From: Podarcis filfolensis
Lineage: Eukaryota
Length of the DNA stretch: 64,000 nucleotides
Assembly: GCA_964270895.1 (NCBI GenBank)
Contig: OZ185439.1
Strand: one strand, 5' to 3'
Shown here: positions 51,141-64,000 of the stretch, one piece after another
Layout: the number at the start of each line of letters is the position of its first letter
Position numbering within the stretch: position 1 is the stretch's first letter
The notes under the pieces: model-generated
What the model was told of the DNA's origin: nothing
The model's input: the letters and a program-made list of their open reading frames with translations, nothing else
Database searches by the model: none
Made by a program: the position numbers and the translations under genes

Positions 51141-52429
51141 CTGTTCAGAGCTTACGATCAGAACTAGCTGGTAATTCTGCCATTTTTCAAGGTTGTGCAC
51201 TACCCACAGTGTATAATCTAATGGATATTATAAGGAAAGGTGGGCTGGGCTTGCTATGGCTATTCCGACACGGCCCTTAATGGCTAAGACACTCAGAAGA
51301 ACACAATAAAAAATAATACTGGTGCCCAAAATGCCAGAAAGCAAACCTGACTGGCCCAAGGTCATCCAAAGAGAGAGAAAGTCACACCTTAAATACAGCT
51401 TAGAAAGAACAGCACAAGAAATATAGGGGGACAGAACCGACTCTCAAATCTAATATGCCTTTATCAGCCTGGTGTGTTTTGTTTATTTTATTTTTTTTTA
51501 AAAATACCCAAATAAATAAAATCAACAGATCTACCACATTTCTGCAATGAATGGAGGTTCCCCCACCCTCCCTCTCTTCCCTCCCAGCAAGCCGGATGAC
51601 TTCTTATCAGATGTGTCACTTGGCGAAATAATTGCCAGCAATAATGGTTGCAATAGCAGCATACTCTGAGCACAATTTATCTATGTCTGTTCTATCTTTC
51701 AACTTCAAAGCTTCGGCTGCCTCACAGATCACATCAAAATGACACCCCTGTCGTTAATGACAGTGGTCTAATGCAATACAGAGAAGTCAAATCACTCCTC
51801 CGGATAGGCGAGAAATGCTCATACGAAAAACTAAGCATGTGCAGGGTCCTGACATTCATATTCAGATCGGTATTTGAAGCAGTAAGGGGGAGCTCGGTTT
51901 GACATTCAGATTTATTCATATTTGGAAACAGCCTGTTCTTAGGGGAACAAGGAGCTAGAGAGAAGGGAAGAATATGAGAGTACAGGATACAGCTATAATT
52001 AATGTAAGGCTAACTCACGGACACAAAGGAAGGCCAGAGTCCACTCAATACATCAAGCTTCAGCCACAAAGCTGAGAAATCCGACAAAGGCCAACAGGAT
52101 TGCATGAAGCAAATGAGCAACACACAAATCTCCATGTTACTCAAAGCTGATGCATACTACTGGATTGTCCAAGCTCTTGTCAGCTATTCAAGAAAGCGTT
52201 GTTGCGGGAGGATGCCAAACTGCAAAACATACTCACACCCTCCGTCTTTATCTAACATCTATCAAGTTTTGTTCTGTCTGTCAGTGTGTGTGTGTATCAA
52301 ATCGATACAATGAACCTACCCAAACAAAACACTTATCCACATACCTATATTGGCTTGTTTGGTTGATGCAATGCAGTCTGTCAGGTGGGAAGTGGTTCTT
52401 GGCAGTTTGCTAGGGAGCACTGAAAATAA

Positions 52430-52454
52430 TGATGGTGATGATGATGATGATGAT
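52430..52454. repeat. (GAT)n microsatellite
   Basis: Direct reading. Confidence 0.9.
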
Positions 52455-54633
52455 AAATATCACACTAGGCAGAAGGAAAACTTGAAGGCAGATTGAAATA
52501 CATGCAACTTTACCGAGAACACCTCACATTTAGCAATGCAGAAAGAAGGCAGTACACAGGCAAACACTTGTAAGTTATCACCTCCTGGCACAGCTGGCTC
52601 CATGGACAGCCGGCCTGGACAATCCAACTGGTACACCTTCTTTGTGCGGGAAGCCTTTGTCCCCTAAGCAGAACTTTTGTTCAGCACCTCTTCTTCCATG
52701 GGAAAGTTGTGAGGCAGTGTGCTTCTGACTAGGTCACCCTGTGCACTGTTGGTTAGCCATGTCAGTCATAACTGATGCCTACTTCTCCCAGGGATTTACT
52801 AGAGCTAGGCAATCCACCCGTTACCTAATTTCAGGGCATTGTTCACCATCAAATGAGGTGGCATCCTGGTCATGAGGTGGATTTTTGAGAGGGTGGAGCA
52901 AAACTTACTGAAGCTCCTCAAAACTGGTGGTTGTCATTTATAGTTTTCCAGAATGCCCTAATCTATTCAGGGGTGGAGAGAGGTAGCCCTCCCAACCAAT
53001 TTTTTTGGGCAGTTATCGTTCCTCAATCCAGGAACCTCAGGGCATTCAGAGAAATCCAAAATGGTGGCCACCAGCCTGATTAACCATTAAAGAGATCTAG
53101 CAAGTTTCATCTCCTTCGAAAATTGAACCCCAAGTTTCAAAAAAGAAAGAAAGAAAAGAAGATGCTTCACCCCCTCCTCTGTCACCAAATTCACCCCAAA
53201 AATTCAGGTAAACCTGATGGTCCTTCAGCTTGGTTCAAGTCAGCTTGTTTTTCTATGTGGAATAGATTTTTTGTTGATTTATGTGACACATTCATTTAAT
53301 GTAAGCCCCCACCGGCAATCTGAAACTCAGACACGGGTCTGCCACCTCAGTGAGAGTATGCCTTTCACATACCCTCCAACAGGTCAGGTCACGGGGAGAA
53401 AACGGGGATGTACGTATTCCAGGACATGCTCCCCCAGGAGTCATGCGACCTGCGCAAGATCATGGCGCCTCAAAACGTCAAGTCAAACCGTTGGAAGGTT
53501 ACAGCACCTGCTACGGCTGTAGCTGCTGCATTTGCAGAACTGAAGTGACATGAAGTAAACATTTATAGATAAAACTATAGTGTGAGAGCAATTGGCCTCT
53601 GACCAATGCTGAATGTCCTTGTTGAGGGTTCAGAGATGATGGGGACCCTCCTGATGCAGTGGAGAAAGCTGGTTTTGGTTGGGACTAAAGTTGCCACTTA
53701 CCGGTACTTGAAGTGAAATCTTAATATGAATTTGGCACTTCCTACTATAAAGTTTTGTCGAGAAAAATCAATTTCCTCAAAGCGCCTTTGCACCTTCTTA
53801 TAGTTAGCTCATCAATTTTTGTCTGGGCAAACTCCCCCCCCCCCCCCCCGCATACGTCTCTTGCCTTAAGGAACCCCCTCACAAAAGTAAAAATTTTTAA
53901 AAAAGCAATTGCTTTTCTTAAACCTCTGTCCAAATACTCCTTGGAGACTGAACTATTAAATAATCTAGATATTCCAGAAATAACAGTCCCTGGATGAGCT
54001 TGTCCCTGTAATTCCATATGAGCCATATGGGAACTTATCACTGAAGCCACATTAGTCTTGATTTAAGGTCTTTTGACACATTATTACAGCACTCCAGCAT
54101 CACTTCACACCTGCCATCCTGTCAATCAGATGGGGAGGGGGGGAACCCATTTCGATGTCAATCAAGAAATCCTGAGGGAAGTGTAACCTGTTAAGAAGTA
54201 TTACCCTTTGCCCGCAACGATTCTTCAGCTTTGAATTTAAAGGACATATGCCAGAAATAATTAAAGACCATTCTTTTGTATCCTCATATATAAATGAAGG
54301 CATTTAGCGCCAGCAGATTTATATTGTCTGGGCTGAGAAGCTAGTTCATGTTCCACAGCTGTTTTTGCTGCAATTAATAGACTGTGCTTGTCCACGACAA
54401 TGTCCTGCCAATTTGCCCTTGTAGTCACTCTCGAGGCTATCTTCTCAGTTTACTGATGTACAAGGAGTGTTGTTTTTGCAGTAGGAAGAAGAGGTTGTGT
54501 CAACCTCAAATAACATGACAATGAAAGCACAAACCTGGCTTATACCCTTCATGGCTGAAACAGCAATCTCCCTCTAGAATTACAGTTTACACAGCTTAGC
54601 TACTGTTTCTTAGGGGAGTGGGTGGGTGTAGAC

Positions 54634-54819
54634 CAGGGGTTGTCAACCTGGTCCCTACCACCCACTAGTGGGCGTTTCATGATTCTAGGTGGGTGGTAGG
54701 GGGTTCTACGGCACAAGCTGAATCCTACTTCTATTGAGAACTGGTGGGTGGTAAGGAAATTTTACCATCAAGAAAGATGCATTAGTGGGCAGTAGGTATA
54801 AAAAGGTTGACTACCCCTG
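54634..54819. mobile_element. hAT MITE (186 bp)
   Basis: TIR CAGGGGTTGTCAACCT / AGGTTGACTACCCCTG (15/16). 8-bp TSD GTGTAGAC on both sides. Confidence 0.93.
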
Positions 54820-54824
54820 GTGTA

Positions 54825-54844
54825 GACAGACAGACAGACAGACA
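54825..54844. repeat. (GACA)n microsatellite starting in the right TSD of the hAT MITE
   Basis: Direct reading. Confidence 0.9.
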
Positions 54845-54869
54845 GTCCCTCTGGTGAGAGACACAGCAT

Positions 54870-55450
54870 CCTCCTTGTGTGGTAGTTTGCCCACCTTTGG
54901 CTCCACCCTGCATTCAGCTCTCTCCTGTGCCCCCTAGAAGCTGCCAGCATGAGACAGAGGTCACACCCCAGAAACAGCTTTGGCCAGCCATACCGTGCGA
55001 CGGTAGTCAATGTGTCTCAAACCCTTGTGGAATTTGGAACTTCCCCTACATGCAAAGACAGGCTCCAGCGGATTGAGCAGACGGGACCAATAATGGGTCC
55101 AATGGTCAAGAAGGCTGTTTCTGCACATGCTGTAGAGGGAAGCGAGGGGCAGATGGGGCTCATCCACCTAGGAAGGTAGCCCAACTAGAAGGAAAACTCT
55201 GATGCTAAACTTCTGCTGCCTTGCAGGATATCTTTGGAAAAACAAAAGCCTAAGGAGAAACCCTACACACGCCTTGCAGAGTGGAGTTCCTAAGACGGCA
55301 GGATGGTACATTGTACACCTCCTTCCAGTAACACTTGCACCCAAGTCAGTGTCAAATGTATTGCCCTGCTTTCCTTTGGCCCATATCAGTGGGGCCAAGA
55401 GAGGGGTATTTTTGTCTAGGCAGCCCAGGTCACTTTGGTGCTGCTAACAC
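54870..55450 (+). mobile_element. Probable RTE-clade LINE 5' region or non-autonomous derivative
   Basis: GGAAGGTAGCCCAACTAGAAGGAAAACTCTGATGCTAAAC motif, recalled from the 5' ends of squamate RTE elements. No ORF support. Confidence 0.5.
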
Positions 55451-58129
55451 AGCAGTTTGACCTCACCCCTGGAGGTGCATTCCACCATCTCTCGAGGCAG
55501 ATGGATGCCAGCAACAAATCATGTATTAGTATTCAGTTTAGAATTCAAAATGCTAAAAAAATGTAGTTTTGGTGTTCTCTCTTTTTCTTTTACATACGTA
55601 ATTTCATTTCAGCGTATTTTAATACCAGGAAAGGGGGACCTGGTGGTGGACTCCAACTCCCGTCAGCCCCAGCCCTAATGCAACAACACCTGGAGAGCCA
55701 CAGCTTCCCCATCTCTATGCCCTTATAACAGCAAGAGTCATTGTCAATTTCCACTGAGCGCTGGAGAACTAGGATGGGACTGAGAAAATTCTGCATGAAG
55801 GGACAATGAAACGACCCCAACTGGCTGCTGCTCACTACAAGAAAACTACCTACCCTCCAATTTACTTAAAATTTTCTTCCAAAGTGGGCTTAAAATTTGG
55901 CTCCTGTTTTATGACCTATTCACAGTATTGCCTTAAAATTTCTTTTAGAAGCTTGATAGGTGCTGAGTTGAGCTTACCTTAGCCTTGCAAGGTGCCTGAA
56001 GGTCACTTGTGTGTTTTTTATGTCCATTGAATATTTCTCCAGCACTCTCCTGGCTCCCCCAGCTGCTCACACTTCCCCACCTGAAAAATATCAATGGGAG
56101 GAGCTACCTCATGACCTATTCCCTTTCAGCTTTAATTGAAATACAGGAGGCTGGAGAAGCTGGTTAATGAGCACCTGAGACTGAAAAGAGCTTGCTGATT
56201 TCCTTTTAAAGGAAAATCCTTCCTTTTGAATTAAAACAAAACTGTACTTATTTAAAAGAAGTAATGAACTATAACCATAACATCATGGGGCTTTCAGGAA
56301 GTGTGGGCACCCAGGAGGTCTGCAGAAAGCAGACCACAAAAATACAGGGCTCTCAGAAAACCCCTTGGCCACCTTGAAGGTAAGGCAAGTGCAACAAAAA
56401 AACTCTATACCCCACCCATAAAAATGTCACTGCAATTTCTCTTCCCTTTGATCGTTTCTGAATGGAATTTCTTTTCTCATTAACTGATGATGGATACGTG
56501 AAAAACTGCAGAAGTCATTTTTGAGAGCAGGGGTGATGAAAAGCCTATGGGGTAATTATTACTAGCAGAAAGTCCACAAATGCATGTGGATATGTAGTAG
56601 TAGTTTTGGCTGTGTTCCTTCCCAACTAGCTTCGCTCTTGTATTTTGTTTCATCTTGTTTCTGCCTTACCTTCTTAAGCCTAATCCTCCTTCCTCTCATG
56701 TTTTCCTGCATTAAGAAATTCAGAGTCAAGTTGGGGGCAGCCTGATGATCTAAGAAAACAGCACAAAGGCTTAGTAAAGTCAGGCTGGAATGGAATAGAA
56801 TATGCAGCAATAACTGCAGTGTTTCCCCAACCATCTCTTCCAGCTTCCTCCTACAGAGCTTTTAGGAGGCTGGGGTTTATTCTGAGTAAGTGTGTTGGTT
56901 ACTAGGCTTGTGGAAGAAGTGCCTTTGTGACATCAGTAGCCATTTTACCAATCCCATGTCTTGTTTCATACCTCTTGGTAGGCATTCACCTAGATGACAG
57001 TGGATTGGTGTAACAGCTACTGATGTAACAGTGGAAGACGAAAACTACTCATTCCCTCTAGTTTCTAATGGTGGAGGAACATTTCATTGGCTATGCTGAA
57101 CAGACCAATACTTGCTCTTCCTTGATAATGATTACAGTGAATAGATGGGGGAAAGAACTTTTGCTTGCCTCTCCTCAAGTTGCATTTCCTTGATTATCAC
57201 ATACTCAGAGTAACCCTAACTGATATATTCGTTTTTTGCCTATTCAAATTTCCTTTCTCTTTCCTCTTTGGTAGAAGTAGGTAACTAGAATGTGAGCTCT
57301 TCAGCTTTTTGGACCAGACTAAACATAACATGGATTGCATTAATGTGTTTTTGTCCAAAAGACAAGTATCAAATGAGATCAGTTTACACAGCATATGCTT
57401 TACTAAAAGAACCAAAAGTTCAATCTCCAGCTACATCCACTTAGTGCTATACAAGCCAGTTCAAAATGCCAACAACAGCCTCCCAATTGTCTGCCCTAGC
57501 GTTTTATCTGTTTCAGCTCTGGTCAGCAATTACTTTTGCGGGCGGGCTGCATTGAGAAGGGACTGAAAAATGGTAAGAGGGCAAGGCCCATCTTCAAAGC
57601 AGCATCCCTGCAAGTGTCATTCCCAAACCTGTGCCTTGAGCGTAGATTGCAACTTGCAACTGTGCCTTCAACAGCAGCTTGGCCCACACGCAGCAGGTAG
57701 CAAGTGAGGACAAGGCTTGCCATCAGAATCTGCTGAAGGTCAGTTGCTACAGCAGGTGTTGAGATGGGGGGGGGGGCAAGTGCATGGGTGCATTGGGCTG
57801 AGGAATCCGCAGAGGAGCCCTTGGATATTTCTTGCCTAAGCTGGGCATAAAACTTTCTGCTATTGGATGCCATACAGGACCTTGAAGGTTTCCAATATGT
57901 GAGTACATATGCAAGATACCAACCACACAGGGCACCTCCTGGAGAGGAATTTGAAAGCTCCCACTAACCAAACCTTCTTCCTAGTTACTGCCACTTTGTC
58001 TGCAAGATTATTATTTTTAGAACATATCTGTTTTTCGGGGATGGATCCCTTTCTGTTGCACTAGAGGAAGTGGAAGGAGTGACTGAGAGGAAGGCCAGGG
58101 GGGATTTAAGCAGATCCTAGAAGGTCTCC

Positions 58130-58302
58130 AATGTTTTTGAACCCTCTCTGATGTATCAATGTGCCGCTGCTTTTATTGTATATTAACTGTGATCATAAGG
58201 TGTTATTTTTTAAACTTTTTGTTTAGTGGTTGTTATTTACTTTTTTAATATAGCCCCGGGACCTCTGGGTGAAGAGTGGGCAATACATTTAATTAATAAA
58301 TG
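58130..58302 (+). mobile_element. L2-type LINE 3' end
   Basis: T-rich 3' UTR ending GCCCCGGGACCTCTGGGTGAAGAGTGGGCAATACATTTAATTAATAAAT. Confidence 0.6.
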
Positions 58303-59755
58303 CATAAAATTAACTTCAGCCTGCATTTCAGTGGCAGCTGTAACATAAGAAGAGTGCAGGGTCGGGTTCTTCTTGTGCAGACAGAATGAAATAAATCCCA
58401 CCACAGTCTAGGAAATGGCCCAATGCACTGTGACATTTAATCAACTGTTTGACTGGGGCCTCACCTCCTGTATCTTTTTTCTGAAGAGAACATGATTCTC
58501 TGCACATCACTTTTCCGGCGCACAGTTTCTCAACGCCAGGTTATAGGCCTTTAAAAAAGAAAGAGAGAGGAGCCCAGTAAGAGAGGTCAGGTACAATCAT
58601 GAATTTTATGAAAGGTTTGCTGGGAAACCACATTAAATGGCAACATCGGTGCACATCAGTTCTGCTGTGCTTCTGCAGCCCAAATGATTTGTGATATGCT
58701 TGCACTTCAGAGACATCATTGCAAAGCAGTGTCGCTCGCCTCAGTATCAGGACACTCCTTCAAATGCTTCACAATGCACCAGCCTCTTCCTATGATAAAC
58801 TACCAGTCAGGGACATGTTTGGGCCAGATATGGGCCAGAGAAAGTTAATTCCTCAATAAAACTCTCCAAAGCCAAACAGCCTTCATCCCTGAATCTGAAG
58901 CTTGCAGCTCTGGAGTTAGCTTTAAAGCTATGTGCCATGCACCTTTGCTCTAAGAGGCTGGGGAAGCTTGATGCATCTGAAATTCTATCCATTTGAATAC
59001 CTCACCAAATACTGGATATTATCTTTTCCTTCTTTCTTTTTCCCCTCAATACAGCAGATGCATTAGGGACCCTCTATCGTTATATATAATTTAAAAATTG
59101 TACAAAGCATAGCACATGATCAATTTCCATTGTTCCTCTCAGATTTCAGTTCCTCCCACCCGCATAAACAGAGTGTCACTGCTCCCTGAGTTTGTTTGGG
59201 TTTGGGGTTTTTTTTTGTTCTCATAATGCAAAACTTCTATCTTGAAATGCTTCTACTTATTATCAATATTCTTCTTGTGCAGTGCTTTACCAGCATGCAT
59301 ATGCAGCTGTGCACAGTGATCAGATGCTATAAGAAAGCAAATTACAGTCCAGGTTTTATCACTATCATTTTGAATGGGGCACAGGAACATGTGTGTGTGT
59401 GTTAGTGAAACACTGCACGAAAAGAACATACACATGATTGCATCTAAAATCAGCCACATCAAGATAAATTGTAACAGTATTTTTACTATTTTCCATCGGC
59501 AATGTGGCAGGGAGCAGAATATGCAAAACAACTGAAGGACTTAAAGCAGTAACAAACTATGCATCTTCAGTTCTGAAATTAATTGTACAAATCCTGTTAA
59601 TGAAGGGGGTTGGGGAATCATCCTATCTCTAATTGAGTATACTTAGGTAAGGTGAAGTAAAGCAATGTGGAATATTATAGCTCATTCAAATCTGGAAGTC
59701 ATCACTTGATATTGCAGCTATAAAGTGTTGACCCATCCAAAGTGGTGAAAATGAT

Positions 59756-60335
59756 GGAAGACACAAGAGTTACCCACCCTGGAAGAGTGGCAGATGAAGG
59801 TGATGGATTATATGGAATTGGTGGAAATGACTGGCAGAGTCCGAGACCTGGGAGAAGAGTTGGTGGAATAAGACTAGAAGAAATTTAAAGACTATTTGCA
59901 GAAACACTGTAAAATTAATGAATGTTAAAATGATGTTGGATTGAAAATAAGTGGCATTAGCAACAAAGTTAATAAGAATATGCAAAAATGAATTGAAAAT
60001 GGATGAAAATATAGAGTTATAATATGTTAAGATATAGAGTTAAGATAAACGAAAGAGGGTAAGGATTTGCTGATTTGATTATTTAAATGGGAATACAAAA
60101 AGGGGAGGTGTGAGGAGGCCAAGGAAACAAGCAAATGAGTTTAAAGTTACAAAAAACGGATTTGTTTTTAATTCTTTTTTATCTATTTGTTTTTTGTATT
60201 TCGTATTTTTATTCTTCTTTTTTCTTTTTTATGTATGCTCTCGTTTTGGTATCTTTTTCTTTCTATATGACTTTTTTCTATTTTGTAAACCTATGTTTTT
60301 GTAAAATCTCAATAAATATCTTTTATTAAAAAAAA
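59756..60335 (+). mobile_element. 5'-truncated L1 with 3' UTR, poly(A) and 17-bp TSD
   Basis: ORF2 end (W)KTQELPTLEEWQMKVMDYMELVEMTGRVRDLGEELVE*D*KKFKDYLQKHCKINEC*. AATAAA and A-tail present. TSD AAAGTGGTGAAAATGAT at 59739-59755 and 60333-60349. Confidence 0.9.
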
Positions 60336-60831
60336 GTGGTGAAAATGATTCCCCCCCCCCTTTTCTGCTACAGGTGGCGGCCATTTTGCATGGGGGCTCC
60401 ACTCCTGGCCCCTGTGCACATTGGCAGAGCATGCATAAGCCTGTCCTGCCCCATTACACCCGTTATGCCCTATTCCGAAAGAATGCACACAAAATGCTCA
60501 CCGCCATTATTTATCTCATCTATGCCTATCAACTTTATAGCTGCTTTCCGTATCTGGCATGACTGGGAATACACATATACACACACACAGAGAGAGTGAG
60601 AGAGAGTGAGAGAGAAGAACAGCTGAAACTGTTGAGAAACAATTATTAAGCATTTGCATTTATGTAATTTAAGGAGTAACATAGGCAGAAAAAAAGAACT
60701 GACAATGAATTCATTGTTATGAATTTAGAGGCAGGGGAGCAGGCTGTATGGCGAGACCCTTGTAACCTCTGGATCCAGCAAGTGTTAAAAATTAAGCCAG
60801 GCTAGCATCCTGATGGGGCGATAGCCTAGGT

Positions 60832-61033
60832 CAGGCACGTCCAACTCCCAAGGGACTGTGATCTACTCACAGTATAAAAAGACTGGCTGTGATCTACCCA
60901 TTGTAGATGGGGGAAGATTGACCAAAGTTGTAGAGCTTGGGGGGGGGGCGTTGACCAAAGTTGATACCGCAATCGACCTGGGACACCCCCGCGATCAATC
61001 AGTCAATAGCGATCGACCTGTTGGACATGCCTG
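60832..61033. mobile_element. hAT MITE (202 bp)
   Basis: TIR CAGGCACGTCCAAC / GTTGGACATGCCTG (13/14). 8-bp TSD GCCTAGGT on both sides. Confidence 0.92.
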
Positions 61034-62356
61034 GCCTAGGTAATGGGTCATTAAAGGAACAAATGAAGTGGATCTGTGCCAGGCAGCAAACTGGTTGGTA
61101 GTTAGAAAGAAAAATGGTGAGAGTTGAGAGATTTGAACTAGAAGCTAGAAATGGAAAAGCGACAGGCTAGGAAGCCAGAGAGACAGAGTGATGCTTGATT
61201 TCTGGTTGAATCCAAGGCTGTGGCTACAGGGGAAGCAAGGCCCCTCTGGTGTGTCAATGCTGCAAACCCCTCCATTGTAGGCTCAGGTTGTATATATGTG
61301 TAAATAAACCATATATCATAAAGACACCACAGTCTCCTCTGTGCCTCATTCCAAAGGAAACACGAACCCTGGCCTGGAACCCCCGTAACCTTGCACTGCT
61401 CAGAGACTGGGGTGGCGTGCAACAATATTTTTAAAGCACAAAGTATGTCCAGCCATAGCATGGGGCATCTTCTTCTTGCACAAAATAAAATACAGCCCTG
61501 AAGAGTCATGTCTCTCCCTGCCCCCTGCCCCCCACCTTTTGGTTGCTTGATGTATGACTCGGCCCTGCCTCATCATTCTAGTATGATTCAAACAAACAGA
61601 GGGAATTTTTCTACTTAAATTCTTCACTGCAAGAGAAGTAAATATCTTACTTTTCTAAAACACCATTTCTTAAAGATAAAATAGAATTCTACAACACTCT
61701 CTCAGATAGATTTGCCATAAGTCAGATACCCTTGTTCAAATAATGAACTATGAACACCATCCATCTTGTGCCTTCAGCTCGTTGTGAACTAGCTCTTGTT
61801 AAGGTGCTCCTGTAGGAGACTCTGCTGACTGATAACAATGAATGGGTTTTTTTGCACCACACTGCAGTTGCCGCTATACGTCTCTGGCTTGAATGGAAAG
61901 GCAATTAAGGAGGAAAGTATCGAGCAAGGAGGGACCAATGACAGGGTACTGTTTTTTAAGACAAAACAGGATTATAAAGCTGCAACAAAAGTAACCTGCT
62001 TAACTGACTGAAGAGAAAGGGGTAGAAATGGGGGGAAGTGTTCTTGTTCCAAAATCGTTGGATCAAAGATGTCTTTAATGTAAAGGCACACGTCACACTG
62101 CCACCACCCAAAAGTTGAAGAGGAAGCCTGCACAGAAAACTACCAGCCTGGTTCTTGAGAAGCCTGAGGTCAATTCCATCCGCTGATATAGGCTTTCTGT
62201 GATGTTGCACGTTACTTGCAGAACAACCCTAAGCACATTTACACAGAAGTCTTACTTATTTCAGTGCAACTTACTTCCTAGCAAGCTTATCCATCAGAGG
62301 CGGCTCACCAAAAAACACAGACTGGGCAGCTTGTTTCTTTTCCACGTGGCCCAATA

Positions 62357-62582
62357 CAGTGGTACCTTGGGTTACATACGCTTCAGGTTACACACTCCGC
62401 TAACCCAGAAATAGTGCTTCAGGTTAAGAACTTTGCTTCAGGATAAGAACAGAAATCAGGCTCCGGCGGTGTGGCGGCAACAGGAGGCCCCATTAACTAA
62501 AGTGGTGCTTCAGGTTAAGAACAGTTTCAGGTTAAGAACAGACCTCCGGAACGAATTAAGTACTTAACCCGAGGTACCACTG
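62357..62582. mobile_element. Tigger/pogo-like MITE (226 bp) with TA TSDs
   Basis: TIR CAGTGGTACCTTGGGTTA / TAACCCGAGGTACCACTG. Internal CTTCAGGTTAAGAAC repeats. TA at 62355-56 and 62583-84. Confidence 0.93.
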
Positions 62583-63943
62583 TACTGCATTTTTAATGGA
62601 AATTGCATAAACATATCTTAGCCAATCTCTGTTCTTGTAGTTTAGGGCCAAGTGCAATATGGATCAGAGCTAGTTGGGCAGTGTAACATGTTTGGCTAAC
62701 TCCCTACTGTGCTGTGACCCCATGTTAACTTGATGTAAAGCGAATACTTCCTCTGCCAATGGTCAGAGAAAGTGAGCTATCACGGACATGCTATTTTTCA
62801 TGCTGGCAGAAGTTTTTATATTTGAGACTGACATTTGCATGCTGCTGGCCATAGCATTTGGACAGGTTGTCATGGGCATCCTGGGTTGCCCGCCAGTGGA
62901 AATAACTCTATAGGTATGACAAAAACTCTGTGTAAGTACCAATCCACCCACCCCCACATCGTAAATGTTTATGTGATTGATGTTGTTTCCTATAGCTGAT
63001 CAATATTTAAGGACATGTGACAGCTCCCCACACCCACCCACCCTCTGCAGCAAATATTTTTTGGATCAAATGGGTAGCATAAGCATAGAATGCTTTTTAT
63101 GTGCCCTTATTAACAAAAGGATAAATTTGTAATGAGTTTAATTATTGAAAGGACATAACACGTTGATATGGTGATCTTTTTTTAAAGCTTAAACCATTAA
63201 ATGGCAGAAGCCAAAATGCAACTCAGAGTTTCCAAAGCAATCCTACTGCTTGCAGGATTCATAAACCAAGTAAACCTTCTGACATAACTATAAAATGTGG
63301 CATAAACCCTTGGAAAAAATAGCCTTCTTGGAAAGGGTAACAGCACTTTTATGAGGATTTCAACTGCACCATGGCAACATCAACCTGTCAAAGCAAATGA
63401 AGGGCAGTAAAACTAAAATTAAAAATGATGAAGGGGACCCCAGCTTGCTAACAGCTTTCCAAGCTGTAAAGCTTTCAAATGTTATCTCTTCATTGGTTTG
63501 TTCAATCACACATGTCTTTGCTACCAAGCTTTATCATATTATGTATCTTTCCCATCACAGCAGGCTGCTGAATTTGATCGACTTATGCATGAAAAATATA
63601 TTTTCCCCAACTTCCTCATCTTGCTAAATTCCTTTCCCTATCCTTATTGGTTCATTTTTATTGGAGCTTGCATTGACACCTGCAGGCTACAAGAATAGCA
63701 GTGACACGGACTGGCAATCATGCCGCGTTCTGGGATGTCTGAGGCCTCTGGCATCAAAGTCACTGCTGGGGCCCTCCTACCAGGATTGGAGAGGAAATCC
63801 ATTTTAAGTGGATTTGTACACAGAATTTGGTGCTTCTGGCATGAACAAGCTTTCACTGCATTGCACAGCCTCTTGCATTTGAAACCACATGCAGAAGCCA
63901 TTCATGCATCACCAATGTTCCCCCACTCCCTTAAGACTAATTA

Positions 63944-64000
63944 CAGTGGCACCTTGGTTTACGAACTTAATCCGTTCTGGAAGTCCATTCTTAAACCAAA
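63944..64000. mobile_element. Start of another Tigger-like MITE, cut by the window edge
   Basis: TA followed by CAGTGGCACCTTGGTTTACGAAC. Confidence 0.7.

Noticed and set aside
52595-52700. REST/NRSE half-sites (CCATGGACAGC and TTCAGCACC)
   Set aside because: The halves are in the wrong order and about 70 bp apart, so there is no complete RE1.

Overview
Vertebrate (squamate, probably lacertid lizard) genomic DNA containing the 3' end of KCNMA1 (Slo1/BK channel alpha subunit) on the + strand, followed by about 25 kb of gene-free flank. Eight coding segments are resolved with GT-AG boundaries and compatible phases. They are the RCK2 exon GFSPPG...ITEL (9835-9948), the 28-aa alternative cassette AKPGKLLPL...ITEL (10945-11028), the calcium-bowl exon (12786-12916), 17097-17291, 21725-21843, 24070-24294 (which can read through to the QEDRL stop at 24319), a frame-switching 29-nt exon (26922-26950), and a terminal exon with a TAGCAG tandem acceptor encoding both the EMVYR and VEDEC tails (36160/36163-36314). 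The rest is intron, 3' UTR and intergenic DNA with typical squamate repeats: a full-length Sauria SINE, other tRNA SINEs, CR1/L1/L2/RTE fragments, hAT and Tc1/mariner MITEs with intact TSDs, and an unclassified multi-hairpin repeat. There is one 134-N assembly gap. The C-terminal splice system is largely known biology. The less familiar points are non-conservative substitutions in normally invariant constitutive exons (e.g. DLIFCL to DWIFCL), several candidate unannotated exons, splicing-factor motif clusters, and a paired PBX/MEIS element downstream. All comparisons to other species are from memory and need alignment.
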